DNA from: Spirochaetia bacterium
Lineage (GTDB): Bacteria > Spirochaetota > Spirochaetia > SZUA-6 > Bin103
DNA: 64,000 nt
Assembly: GCA_965199955.1 (NCBI GenBank)
Contig: CBDATQ010000001.1
Coordinates: 768,001 to 832,000, forward strand
Reading direction: 5' to 3'
Part shown: positions 50,123-60,144 of the stretch, piece by piece
Layout: each line of letters starts with the position of its first letter
How positions within the stretch are numbered: position 1 is the stretch's first letter
Made by a program: the position numbers and the translations under genes
Notes under the pieces: generated by a model
What the model was told of the DNA's origin: nothing
Databases searched by the model: none
The model's input: the letters and a program-made list of their open reading frames with translations, nothing else

Positions 50123-50377
50123 ATGAAGAACATCACAGTATCTGTGGACGACAAGGTCTATCACAGGGCGCGGATGTGGGCTGCAGAGCGACGGACGTCG
50201 GTCTCGGCGATGGTGCGGCAGATGCTGGCAGACGTCGCGGAAGAGGAGACTCCGTTCGAGAGGCTCCGCCGCGAGGAGCGCGAGTTGCGGGATCGCCTCA
50301 GGAGCCGCGGAGTCAGGTTCGCGGCGTCCGACCGGCTCTCCCGCGATGCCCTGCACGATCGCCATGCGCTTCGTTGA
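50123..50377 (+). CDS. Antitoxin (RHH-like)
   Basis: MKNITVSVDD..Y..AR..AA...TSVSAMVR...LSRD.LHDR. Confidence 0.8.
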   Translation: MKNITVSVDDKVYHRARMWAAERRTSVSAMVRQMLADVAEEETPFERLRREERELRDRLRSRGVRFAASDRLSRDALHDRHALR

Positions 50378-50807
50378 TACCAACGTTCTGCTCTACAGCG
50401 TGAGCACGCATCCGGCGGAGGCGAGCAAGGCCGCCGTCGCGGTCGACGTGCTGGGCGGCGAGGATCTCTGCCTCTCGGTGCAGGTGCTGCAGGAGTTCTA
50501 CGTGCAGTCCACGCGGGTCACTCGCTCCTATCCCCTTTCGCACGATGACGCGGTCGCGTTCATCGAGACCTGGCAGCGGTTCCGGGTACAGGATCTGTCG
50601 GTTGCGCTGATGCGGGAGGCGCTCGTCGCGGCCAAGCGATGGCAGGTGTCCTACTGGGATGGCGCGATCATCGAAGCGGCGAGGATGCTCGAGTGTGACG
50701 AGCTGTTGACCGAGGATCTGAATGCCGGTCAGGTGTTCGACGGGGTGACGGTGGTCAATCCGTTCGACTCGACCTGGGGCGGCAGCTCTTGGTCGATGAT
50801 TTCCTGA
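50364..50807 (+). CDS. vapC: PIN-domain toxin
   Basis: FVDTNVLLY, QVLQEFY, SYWD..I..AA, TEDL and VNPF motifs. Confidence 0.9.
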   Translation: MRFVDTNVLLYSVSTHPAEASKAAVAVDVLGGEDLCLSVQVLQEFYVQSTRVTRSYPLSHDDAVAFIETWQRFRVQDLSVALMREALVAAKRWQVSYWDGAIIEAARMLECDELLTEDLNAGQVFDGVTVVNPFDSTWGGSSWSMIS

Positions 50808-50979
50808 TCTCGGAGACGACGCTGAAGCGCCTGTTCGGCCGGCCCGAGATCCACCCGAGCAGCCCGGCACCAACCTGGTCTGGCCCACCAGTCCGAGTCG
50901 CCGCCGGCGGCCCCGGCTTCGCCGGACCTGCCGATACCGTCTGATTGACGCAGCGTCGGGAACCGGTCACCGTCGCGCC

Positions 50980-51813
50980 ATGGCAACGGAAACACTGGTC
51001 AGCGCGGCGCCGAACGGCTCCGCCGTCAGCCCGGCTCCGCTCGCCCAGGCCGACGTCGACTTCTTTCACGAGAACGGCTTTCTGCGGATCCCGTCCGTGT
51101 TCACGCCCGAGGAGAGCCAGGCGCAGGCGGACGACCTGGACCGCCTGGCCCACGACTGGGCGACCATCGACCGGCGCTGGCCGGGGCCCTGGCGCAAGGT
51201 CTACATGGACGACGAGGAGGAGAAGGCCGCCAAGCTCGAAGCCATGCACGAGTTGCACTTCTACTCTCGGGCGTGGCTGGACGCGGTGACCAGTCCCAGG
51301 CTGATCGCCTGCCTGGTGCCGATCCTCGGGCCCGACATCGAGCTGCATCACTCGGTCATGCACACCAAGCCGCCCGGCGGGCAGGTGTTTCCCATGCACC
51401 AGGACCATCCGTTCTACCCGCACGACGACGGGCGCTACCTGGACGTCCTCGTGCACCTCGACGACACCTGTCACGAGAACGGGGAGATCCGCTTCCTGGC
51501 CGGATCGCACAAGCAAGGTGCGCTGGAGCACATCACCGGCACGGAGGAAGAGCCCTCGGCACCGCATCTCCCCACCGAGAAGTACCGGCTGGCGGACTCG
51601 GTCCCGGTGCCGGCCCGGCGGGGCGACCTCGTCGTGTTCAGCTACTACACCATCCACGGCTCGTACATCAACCGGACGGACCGGTCGCGGCGCATGGTCC
51701 GCGTCGGCTACCGCCACCCGCACAACCCGCCGAGCGACGGCGCGGTTCGCACGCCCGGCCTCCTGGTGTCCGGCTATCGCGAGCGCCGCGGCGACGAAGC
51801 CCAGCTGTTCTAG
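50980..51813 (+). CDS. PhyH-family dioxygenase
   Basis: FHENGFL, MHQD, ENG...GSH and IHGS..N...R motifs. Confidence 0.88.
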   Translation: MATETLVSAAPNGSAVSPAPLAQADVDFFHENGFLRIPSVFTPEESQAQADDLDRLAHDWATIDRRWPGPWRKVYMDDEEEKAAKLEAMHELHFYSRAWLDAVTSPRLIACLVPILGPDIELHHSVMHTKPPGGQVFPMHQDHPFYPHDDGRYLDVLVHLDDTCHENGEIRFLAGSHKQGALEHITGTEEEPSAPHLPTEKYRLADSVPVPARRGDLVVFSYYTIHGSYINRTDRSRRMVRVGYRHPHNPPSDGAVRTPGLLVSGYRERRGDEAQLF

Positions 51814-51824
51814 CGGAGGGATCC

Positions 51825-52679
51825 ATGATGCTGTCTCAGGAACAGATCGACTCCTATCACTCCAACGGTTACGTGGGGATCGAAGACGTCATCCCTGCGC
51901 GGGTGGTCGAGGAGCTCCAGCGGGTCACCGACGAGTTCGTCGAACGGTCGCGCGAGGTCACCGAGCACACCGATGTCTTCGACCTGGAGCCGGGACACTC
52001 CCGAGACCATCCGAAGCTTCGCCGCCTGAAGCGCCCGATCGTCCAGCACGAGATCTACCGTGACGCGCTCCACAACGAGGACATCCTCACCATGGTCTCG
52101 CAGCTCATCGGCCACGGCTTGCGCTGCAACGGTGACAAGCTCAACCTGAAGCTCCCCGAGGTCGGGAGCCCGGTCGAGTGGCACCAGGACTGGGCGTTCT
52201 ATCCGCATACCAATGACGACCTGCTCGCCGTCGGGGTGTGCATCGACGACATGACCGTCGAGAACGGAGCCCTCCTGGTGCTGCCCGGATCGCACCGGGG
52301 TCCGGTGTACGACCACCACATCGAAGCCGGCTTCTGCGGGGCCATCACCGATCCGGATTTTTCGGACGAGGACGCCGTGCCCGTCGAGCTCCCGGCCGGC
52401 GGCATCTCCATTCACCACGTGCGGACCGTCCATGGCTCCACGCCGAACCGGTCCGGGAAGCCGCGCCGGCTGCTTCTGTTCCAGTACTGCGCGATCGACG
52501 CCTGGCCGCTGGTCCACTTCACGGACTGGGATACGTTCAACGGGACCATCATCCGCGGAGAGCCGACGAACGTGCCGCGCGTCGAACCCGTGCCGGTCCG
52601 CATGCCCGTGCCGGAAGCGCTCCGGTCGGATGTCATCTACGAGCTGCAGACGGCCATGAAGGAACGCAAGCTCGCCTAG
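51825..52679 (+). CDS. PhyH-family dioxygenase
   Basis: GGAGG Shine-Dalgarno; WHQD, ENGAL.VLPGSH and HGS.PNRS..PRR motifs. Confidence 0.9.
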   Translation: MMLSQEQIDSYHSNGYVGIEDVIPARVVEELQRVTDEFVERSREVTEHTDVFDLEPGHSRDHPKLRRLKRPIVQHEIYRDALHNEDILTMVSQLIGHGLRCNGDKLNLKLPEVGSPVEWHQDWAFYPHTNDDLLAVGVCIDDMTVENGALLVLPGSHRGPVYDHHIEAGFCGAITDPDFSDEDAVPVELPAGGISIHHVRTVHGSTPNRSGKPRRLLLFQYCAIDAWPLVHFTDWDTFNGTIIRGEPTNVPRVEPVPVRMPVPEALRSDVIYELQTAMKERKLA

Positions 52680-52728
52680 CGTGCACCCGTCCGATTGACA
52701 ACGACGGACCGATGGAGCCCCATGAGGT

Positions 52729-54222
52729 GTGGGCCGGTACCTCGCCATCGACCTTGGCTCCACGAGCCTGACCGCGCTGGCGCTGGACACCGGGCGGCGG
52801 GCACCGGTGGCGGTGGCGTCGGCCGCGAACGGGCGCGAGACGACCTCGCCAACGGATCGCCGCAAAGGACGTTCCGAGTGGGACCTGGACGGCATGGTCG
52901 CCGACGCCGTCGAACTGGCGCGTCGCGTGGTGGAGCGGGCCGGCGACGGAGCGGGCTTCGACGCCATCGGCGTGACCGGCCAGCAGCACGGCTGCCAGGT
53001 GCTCGGCACCGACGGGCGGCCGGCAGGCCCGCACATCAATTGGCAGGACCGGCGGGCGAGCGAGCCGTCGAGCACCGCCGCCGATGCCCCCACGTACATC
53101 GACCTGGTTGCCGAGCGCGGCGGGGCGCGCCGGGAGGGCAGGAGCCTGCCACGCTTCGAGCGGACCGGATGCCCGCTGGACCCAAAGCACACCGCCGCCC
53201 TGCTGTTCCGGCTGCGCGCCGACGGCACCGTTGCGGACGGGGCGCGTGCCGCGACGGCTCCGGACTACCTGGTCCGCTGCCTTACCGGCGGCGCGCATGC
53301 CCTCGACCCCACCATCGCCCACGGGTGGGGCGTCTACGACGTGTTCTCCGGCGACTGGGACCGGGGGCTGGCCGCCGCGCTGGGGCTCGCGGAGTCGCTG
53401 CTGCCGCCGGTTGCCGGCGCGGCACGTGTCGCGGGTCCGCTGACGGCGCCGGCCGCGTCCCGGATCGGGCTTCCGTCCGGCACGCCGGTCGCCGTCGCGT
53501 CGGGCGACCACCAGTGCTCGTTCGCCGGGTCGGTCGCCCGCCACGCCGAATCGGTGGCGGTCAACGTCGGCACCGGCGGGCAGATGAGCGCCTTCGTCGG
53601 CGAGCCGGTCGAGCCGGGCTGGCTGGAGTTGCGCCCGTTCATGCAGAGCGGCTACCTGCTGGCCTCGGTGGGCCGGGTGGGCGGCCGCAACTTCCGCTAC
53701 CTGCGGGAGTTCGTGGCGCAGGCCGCGACCCTCGGTGCATCCGTAGCGAGTGCCGACCCCGACACCGTATATGAGCGCCTGGTGGCCGCGGCCGAGGCGG
53801 CCGGCGAGGACGCCGGCGGCGTGCGCTGCGTGCCGCTGTTCGACGGGACACCGGCTGACACGGACGAGCGGGCTCGCTTCGAGGGCCTCAGCTCCGCCAA
53901 CTTCACGCCGGGCAACTTGGCGCGGGCGCTGCTGAACGGGATGGCCCGCGAGCTGCACGACGCCTACCGCCGGGCGGTGGCTCTCGGCGCGGGAGAGCGG
54001 ACGACGCTGGTCGGCTCCGGGAACGGCCTGCGGCTCAACCCCGTTCTCCGCGGCGAGCTCGCTCGCCTGTTCGGTCACCCGCCCGTCATCGGCACGCTCA
54101 CCGAAGAGGCGGCGGTCGGCGCGGCCCTGTGCGCTGCCGTAGCCACGGGCGAGCACGCGACAGTCAGTGAGGCGAGCGCCGCGCTCCTCGGCGACGAGCC
54201 CGCGTCAGGCGCGTCTGGCTGA
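52729..54222 (+). CDS. FGGY carbohydrate kinase (sedoheptulokinase-like)
   Basis: IDLGSTS, GVTGQQHG, NWQDRR, GDHQCS and NVGTGGQ motifs. Confidence 0.85.
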   Translation: MGRYLAIDLGSTSLTALALDTGRRAPVAVASAANGRETTSPTDRRKGRSEWDLDGMVADAVELARRVVERAGDGAGFDAIGVTGQQHGCQVLGTDGRPAGPHINWQDRRASEPSSTAADAPTYIDLVAERGGARREGRSLPRFERTGCPLDPKHTAALLFRLRADGTVADGARAATAPDYLVRCLTGGAHALDPTIAHGWGVYDVFSGDWDRGLAAALGLAESLLPPVAGAARVAGPLTAPAASRIGLPSGTPVAVASGDHQCSFAGSVARHAESVAVNVGTGGQMSAFVGEPVEPGWLELRPFMQSGYLLASVGRVGGRNFRYLREFVAQAATLGASVASADPDTVYERLVAAAEAAGEDAGGVRCVPLFDGTPADTDERARFEGLSSANFTPGNLARALLNGMARELHDAYRRAVALGAGERTTLVGSGNGLRLNPVLRGELARLFGHPPVIGTLTEEAAVGAALCAAVATGEHATVSEASAALLGDEPASGASG

Positions 54223-54361
54223 CTACCGCAGGGCTTCGATACTCGTCGGCGGAGACCGTGTCCTGCACGTCGCAGCGGTACACCCAGGTGCCTTCGCTCA
54301 CGTAGTGGACGGCGAACGCCAGCCGGTCGTGCTCGGTCTGCTCGGTCGAGAGCTCGATCAT
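54164..54361 (-). CDS. Small hypothetical ORF or gene remnant
   Basis: Strong GAGGAGG Shine-Dalgarno directly after the GH32 stop; 65 aa; overlaps the end of the kinase gene. Confidence 0.35.
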   Translation of the reverse strand: MIELSTEQTEHDRLAFAVHYVSEGTWVYRCDVQDTVSADEYRSPAVVSQTRLTRARRRGARRSPH

Positions 54362-54373
54362 CGGTGTACCTCC

Positions 54374-55858
54374 TCAGCGAATCTCTGGCTGCCAGATCGG
54401 GTTCGCGCGCGCCTCGAAGAACCCCTGGTTGGTCGGCTTCAACTTCCAGATCTCCACGCTGCGGAGCGTCGTCGGGGCCACCTTGTCGCTGCGGCCGAAG
54501 ACGTAGCCCCGCACCTGGTTGCCACCGTCGCGGTACCCCATGAAGACGCTCAGCGCGGCCTGGCGGCCGTTGGCGAACACCTCCACCAGGTACTTGTCGA
54601 CGAAGATGCGCAGCTCCAGGTCCTGGCCAGCCGGCAGGTCGGCGACGGCGAACGGCACCTCGGTGTCGCCGACGCAGAGCGTGCCGGTCTCCGGCCGCAG
54701 CAGGATGAGGAGCCCGGCGTCGCCGTTATCGGCGAACAGCCGGACCCCGAAGCGCTTCCGCTCCGCCTGCGCCCGGTCGACGGCGATGCGCAGCTCGAAC
54801 GCGTCGCCGTCCAGGTCGGCGATGCGCGCGCTCGCGTGGTCCGGCGCGTCCCGGCCTGGCGGGGCGAGGGTGACGTCGCGGATCGTGACCGGCTCACGGC
54901 GCAGCGACTGAAGCTCGGTGAGCGGCTCGATGCGCAGGCTGCCGTCTTCGTGCAGGCTGAGCTCGCGCGGCAGGGACTGCACCGTGCGGAGGTGGATCGC
55001 GGGATCGGCGGTCGCCAGCCACGCCCACATCACCCGCCTGCCGTCCGGCGTCAGCACGCTCTCCGGCGCGAAGAAGGCGCGGTAGACCGGATCGGCCAGC
55101 GACTGGCCGGAGCGCCGCCAGTTCATGCGCCCGTGCCGCTCCGGGACGAACTGCTCGGCACGGGCGTCCCAGTCACCGAGGTAGTACCGGCAGCCGAGCT
55201 GGTGGCTGATGCAGAGCAGCATCCACCGGTCGCCGAGCGGGAACAGGTTGGCGCAGGAGGTGTCCTCTCCCAGGGCGACGTCAGGCAGCTCGCGCTGCAT
55301 GAGCGGACCCACGTAGGTCCAGTCGACCAGGTCCGTGGACTTGCACAGCTCCAGGTTGTCACCGGCCGAATAGACGTAGTAGGTGTCGCCGACCTGGAAC
55401 AGGTCCGGGTCGCCAAGCAGCCGCACGTCCTTGCCGGCGGGGACGCCCCGCGGCACGACGGCGTACGGCTTCTGCCATGAGCTCAGGTCGTGGTCGTCCG
55501 CGACCGCGATGAAGGTGTTGCCCGGCTCGCACACGCCACAGTAGATCGCCGCCGGCTTCCCCTCCCCGGTGATGAATCCCGTGCCGCTGAACATCCCGTG
55601 GCCGGTGAAGGAGGGTTGCAGCTTCGTGGTCTGCCACGTCCAGTGCAGCAGATCCGGGCTGGTGACGTGGATGAACGAGAACGACGCCTGGCCGTGACGC
55701 GGGGGCGCCGGCGCGCCGTGCCAAGGGTGGCGCAGGATGTAGTGCAGGTGGTAGGTGCCGTCCAGGTGGTAGGCGGGATTGGGGTCGCCGGGGGCGCTGT
55801 CGTCGCCCGGGTGCATGAGGTGGTAATTGAGCGCCAGCTCGTCGGTCACGATTGCCAT
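54374..55858 (-). CDS. GH32-like glycoside hydrolase with atypical catalytic motifs
   Basis: GDPN, YHLHY, FSGTG, GDP, SCANL, QSLPREL and D...VEVFANG motifs. Confidence 0.8.
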   Translation of the reverse strand: MAIVTDELALNYHLMHPGDDSAPGDPNPAYHLDGTYHLHYILRHPWHGAPAPPRHGQASFSFIHVTSPDLLHWTWQTTKLQPSFTGHGMFSGTGFITGEGKPAAIYCGVCEPGNTFIAVADDHDLSSWQKPYAVVPRGVPAGKDVRLLGDPDLFQVGDTYYVYSAGDNLELCKSTDLVDWTYVGPLMQRELPDVALGEDTSCANLFPLGDRWMLLCISHQLGCRYYLGDWDARAEQFVPERHGRMNWRRSGQSLADPVYRAFFAPESVLTPDGRRVMWAWLATADPAIHLRTVQSLPRELSLHEDGSLRIEPLTELQSLRREPVTIRDVTLAPPGRDAPDHASARIADLDGDAFELRIAVDRAQAERKRFGVRLFADNGDAGLLILLRPETGTLCVGDTEVPFAVADLPAGQDLELRIFVDKYLVEVFANGRQAALSVFMGYRDGGNQVRGYVFGRSDKVAPTTLRSVEIWKLKPTNQGFFEARANPIWQPEIR

Positions 55859-55869
55859 GTATCACTCCT

Positions 55870-56810
55870 GAGGACATCACGGCATGGATGCCGGTGGCGT
55901 CCGCGACGACCGGGATCGGGTCGGAGACATGACGGTTCCGGCCGTCACGTACGGTCCCGAGCAGATACCAGCCGCCCTGCCAGCGTACCAGACGGCTGGC
56001 GTACGGCCTGCCGCTATCCCTTGCCGGCAGAATCTCGCCGGTGCCATGCAGGCTGAACGGTCCGGTCGGGGACGCGCCGACCATCGCGTAGTCGGCATCG
56101 CGGAAGCGGTGGCCGGGGAACCTTCGCAGGAACGACGGTAGCAGCCAGGCGGCGGGCGCGCAGCAGACCAGGTAGTAGCGGTCGTCGATCCGGTAGACCT
56201 GCGGGACCTCGATCTCGGTGGCGATCGGCTCCACCTGCAAGGGCGGTTGGATCCGCCACCTCAGCATGTCGTCGCTGACCGCCAGGCCGACCGTGCCGCG
56301 GCGGCTCCGGTCCCGGGCCTTGCTGCGCGCGCAGACGTACTGGTAGATGCGGTCGCCCTCGACCAGGAGATACGGGTCGCGCCACTGGCCGAAGGCGGAT
56401 CGTGCAGGGCCCAGCCGCTCGTAGTAGCGCGGGTCGCGCTGGTTGACCGGCCCGGTGCCGCACTTGCGCCACCGGAACAGGTCGTCGGAGAAGGCGATGC
56501 CGACGCGGTGGACCTTCCGTGTGGGCGGGTTCTCGCCCCGGCGGATGGCGCTGTAGGCCATCCAGAATCGGCCTTGATGCCTGACGACACAGCCCGTGGA
56601 CAGCGTCTGGCTGTCCCAGGCATCGCAGCGGCCTCGACGCAAGGCAAAGCCGACGTAGCGCCAGCTCCGCAGGTCTTCGCTCACCGCGTGGCCGATGTCC
56701 CAGTTCCAACTGGGCTGCAGCTCCGGCGACATGCAGAAAAAGCAGTGGGCAGCCCCAGCGTGGACGGCGAACCAGCAGTCTCCGATGGTGTTTCCAGGCA
56801 GTCGGAACAT
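55870..56810 (-). CDS. GH32/GH68-like five-bladed beta-propeller hydrolase (3' end uncertain)
   Basis: GDCWF, IGHAVSEDL..W, WRDPY and EVPQV motifs; the ORF runs on past the apparent domain end to 55359. Confidence 0.7.
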
Positions 56811-56819
56811 GGTTCGAAG

Positions 56820-57430
56820 CGGCCGTCATGGTACCATCTATCCGGACGCCAGCGGCAGGCGATGGCATCGCCGGCGCCGTTGTAGAAGCGGACAGCGTCG
56901 TCGGACACCAGGGAGAGCAGGCCGGCCGGCGCATCGGCCAGCTCGACGGCGAAGCGGGGATCGTCCCCCACCACCCGCGAACCGATGTGGAAGGAACGGA
57001 AGCAGCCGCGCCGGTCGTCGAACCAGGCCGGCACGTCCGCGCACCAGTTGCCGACGTGCTCGGCGGCGTCCAGCAGCAGCCGCACGGCGGTACGGTCCCG
57101 CGGGAACAGGTCCAGGTAACGCGGCAGGAACAGGATGAACGGCTCGGTGCCGTGGTGGGCCTCCGTCTCCGGCTCGTAGCCGTGGAAGCAACTCGCGTCG
57201 ACCCAACCGGCGAGCGCAGCGAGCAACTCGCGGAACCGCTCGGCGATCGCCGGCTCGCGGGTGACCAGGTAGTGCGCGAACCACGCGAGGGCGTAGTTGG
57301 CCTCGTCCTCCCCGCCGCCGTTGAGGCCGGGACCGTCGCTACGCACGCTCTGCGCCAGCCAGGCCGACAGCTCGGCCCGCAGCGCGGTGTACCCTGCGAA
57401 ACAGGCCTGCAGGTCCGCAGGCCGCATCAC
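56820..57430 (-). pseudogene. Truncated hypothetical protein
   Basis: Coding-like ORF (GGEDEANY, EAHHGTEPF) that degrades into the start of the next gene. Confidence 0.4.
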
Positions 57431-57522
57431 TTGGTCTTCGGGCGACTGCGCAACTCGGACATCAAATCGGAGTGGGGCTTCACATCATCGAGCGCCAGCG
57501 ACCGCGCTCAGTCTCCCAACAC

Positions 57523-58674
57523 CTACAGCTCGGCCAGGTAGACCTGCGGGAAGCCGCCGGAGTCGGAGGTATAGCTCACGTAGCGTTCGGAGGGGCTGAA
57601 GGCCGGGTGCGGGTGTGACCACTGCGGGCCGTAGACGGTATCAGTGGGAGACTCCATCCAGCTCAGCGGTCCGTCCGAGTCCATGTGCTCGCCCGCTTCG
57701 CGTGCCGCTCGCGCGAAGTCCTCTGCCAACGCGTAGCGCGAGGTCCGCCACTGCGTGCCGCCGTTGGAGCTGTGCGGGTGGCAGACCACCCGCCACCGGC
57801 CGGTGGCCACCTCCACGACGAGCAGCCCGTGGTCGGGGTGGTTGGTGTCGCAGACGATGCGTGTCCCGGCCCGGTTGGGGGCGATGTGCCACGCGTTGAG
57901 CTCCGCGATCGTGTCGACCACTCCCGAATCCCAGCGCAGCCGGCGTAGCGCCCGCGGCCACTCCACGAACACCAGGTCCTGCGAGCTGCCGAGGAAGGTT
58001 TCATGCACGACGAACTCCTCGTTGTCGTGCTCGTACAGGCACAGAAGCCCGCTGCCGTCGCGGCGGACGCGGAACATGCGCGGCGCGGGATCGCCGGCGA
58101 ACTCGATCCAGTCGGCGTCGGCCGGATGGAATTGCGGATGGATCACCGTGCGGGGGAACTCCAGGGCGACCTGCCCGCCCGCGCCCGACGTGGCGGCGAC
58201 CAGGAGCCCGTTGCGCCCGTCTCGTTTCATGGCCGTGACCACCCAGGCGCCGTCGGCGGACACGCTGCACTCGGCGAGCTGCGCGCCCGGCAGCCGGTGG
58301 ATGACCCGGCGCGAGAGGTCGCGGCGGCTCACCGCCTCGATGACGCCGGCCGGCTCGGCGCCCCCTTCGCCGCGGGTGTAGAGCACCTCGCTCCCATCCG
58401 CGGCGATGACCGCGGAGTAGGGATGCAGGCCTTCGACGTCCGTGAGCCGGCGGATCGGTCCGTCCAGCAACTCAACCTCGTATAACTGCGGCGAGCCGCT
58501 GCGATAGGAGGTGAACAGCACGTGCCGCTCGTCGGGCGTGAACGCGCTGGTCAGGAAGAACGGTGCGTGGTTGATGCAGGCGGCGGTGGTGAGCTGGTGA
58601 ATGGTGGTGCCGGTGACCGGGTCCGTGCCGCTCCGGTATTCGCTGGGAAGAGCCGCTCCGAGCGCGGTTGTCAC
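57523..58674 (-). CDS. Oligogalacturonate lyase family beta-propeller
   Basis: DPVTG..I.QLT, HPQFHP, HETF, WH and SHPHPAFSP motifs. Confidence 0.8.
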   Translation of the reverse strand: MTTALGAALPSEYRSGTDPVTGTTIHQLTTAACINHAPFFLTSAFTPDERHVLFTSYRSGSPQLYEVELLDGPIRRLTDVEGLHPYSAVIAADGSEVLYTRGEGGAEPAGVIEAVSRRDLSRRVIHRLPGAQLAECSVSADGAWVVTAMKRDGRNGLLVAATSGAGGQVALEFPRTVIHPQFHPADADWIEFAGDPAPRMFRVRRDGSGLLCLYEHDNEEFVVHETFLGSSQDLVFVEWPRALRRLRWDSGVVDTIAELNAWHIAPNRAGTRIVCDTNHPDHGLLVVEVATGRWRVVCHPHSSNGGTQWRTSRYALAEDFARAAREAGEHMDSDGPLSWMESPTDTVYGPQWSHPHPAFSPSERYVSYTSDSGGFPQVYLAEL

Positions 58675-58764
58675 GTCCCGAGGGTAGCGGAGGCCGGGTA
58701 CGGTGTCGATGAAGCCGATTTGATTGCCGTATGGGGCGGCGCTAAGCTGCCGAAGGAACAGGCG

Positions 58765-59814
58765 ATGGCGACGCGAGACGAGGTACGAAGCGTGCTCCAC
58801 TGCGAGCCGGCTCCCGCGGGCGGCCGGCGGCCGCTGTTTCTGCCGGCCGTCTACGAGCACAAGGCGTTCTTTCTGGAGGACACGCCGTCGCGGGTGTCGC
58901 GGGACGCGGACCTGCTGGCGCGCGCCGTCCTGGCCGAGTACGCCGCCCTGCAGCCGGACGCGCTCACCATCGGCCTGGACGTGTACAACCTGGAAGCGGA
59001 GGCGGCCGGCTGCCGGGTCACCTTCTACGAGGGCGACGACACCAGCATCCCCGGCATCCGCCCCGGTGACCACGTGGTGGACGCCTCGACGGACTTCGCG
59101 AGCCGCCCCGTCCCCAATCCGCTGCGCGACGGGCGGATGCCGGTCAACATCGAGGCCACGCGCCGGGTGGTCGCCGAGTTGGGCGGCGACGTCTGGATTC
59201 GCGGCGCCCTGTCGGGGCCGTTCTCGCTGGCGATCAGCCTGATGGGGGCGGAGGACTTCTTCCTGTGCTGCTGGGACAATCCCGACGTCTCCAAGCGTTT
59301 GCTGGAGTACTGCACGGCCATCATCAAGGAGTTCGGCGCCGCCTACATCGACGCCGGCGCCGAGGTGATCCTGTTCGACTCGCAGGCGTCGCCGGACCTG
59401 CTGTCCCCGAAGATGTACCGGGAGTACGTCCTGCCGTTCACGCGGTCGATCGTCGAGCACTTCGGGCAGCTCGGCGTCCGGGACGTGCCGCTCATCATCG
59501 GCGGCAACACGACACGCATCATCGACGAGCTGCTTGCGACGGGCGCCAACAACCTGCTCTGCGACTTCACCGCCGACTGGCCGGCGTGGTCGGCGCGCTG
59601 CCGCCAAGCCGGCCGCTCGGTGCGGCGCAACATGTCGCCGCAGTTCGTGGCGTCGGCCACCCCGGACAAGGTGTTCGAGACCGCCGCGCAGGTGGTGGCG
59701 GAAGGGGCGGACCTGCCCGGCTTCATCGTCGGCACCGCGGTGGTTCCCTACGGCACGCCGACCGAGAACCTGCTTGCCGTCCGAAAAGCCTGCACCGCGG
59801 ATCACGGCGGCTGA
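58765..59814 (+). CDS. Uroporphyrinogen decarboxylase / MtaA-CmuA methyltransferase family
   Basis: DVYNLEAEA.G, GPFSLA, DS.ASP.LLSP.MY.EYVLP and VPYGTPTEN motifs. Confidence 0.8.
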   Translation: MATRDEVRSVLHCEPAPAGGRRPLFLPAVYEHKAFFLEDTPSRVSRDADLLARAVLAEYAALQPDALTIGLDVYNLEAEAAGCRVTFYEGDDTSIPGIRPGDHVVDASTDFASRPVPNPLRDGRMPVNIEATRRVVAELGGDVWIRGALSGPFSLAISLMGAEDFFLCCWDNPDVSKRLLEYCTAIIKEFGAAYIDAGAEVILFDSQASPDLLSPKMYREYVLPFTRSIVEHFGQLGVRDVPLIIGGNTTRIIDELLATGANNLLCDFTADWPAWSARCRQAGRSVRRNMSPQFVASATPDKVFETAAQVVAEGADLPGFIVGTAVVPYGTPTENLLAVRKACTADHGG

Positions 59815-59815
59815 A

Positions 59816-60060
59816 GTGAGCCTCTTCGACACGATTGTACTTCCCGAAACGATCACCTGCGCACGCTGCGGGGCGTCGGTTACGTCCCCCAGACGCACGA
59901 GTTGGGCGAGACGCTCGACACCAATCGGATCGGCGACGTGGCCGATGCGGGAGCCTGTCTACCGGCGTGATCGAGGAACGCCTGTTCTGCGAGAAGTGCA
60001 GGAACTTCGAGGAGCGGATCTACATCACGCTATAGCACGGCCTCATCACGGGCAAGGTGT
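59816..60060 (+). pseudogene. Remnant of a Cys-containing hypothetical protein
   Basis: LFDTI...CARCG, QTHELG and LFCEKC in different frames. Confidence 0.4.
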
Positions 60061-60144
60061 CTGGCGCTGGTCTACGCACTTCCGCGACATCGGATCGAAG
60101 CCCGCTCGACGATAAGCCGTGCCGGTGCCTACCATCTCTGGGCC

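Noticed and set aside
58765..59814. hemE
   Set aside because: Lacks the HemE RQAGR motif; only superfamily membership is supported.
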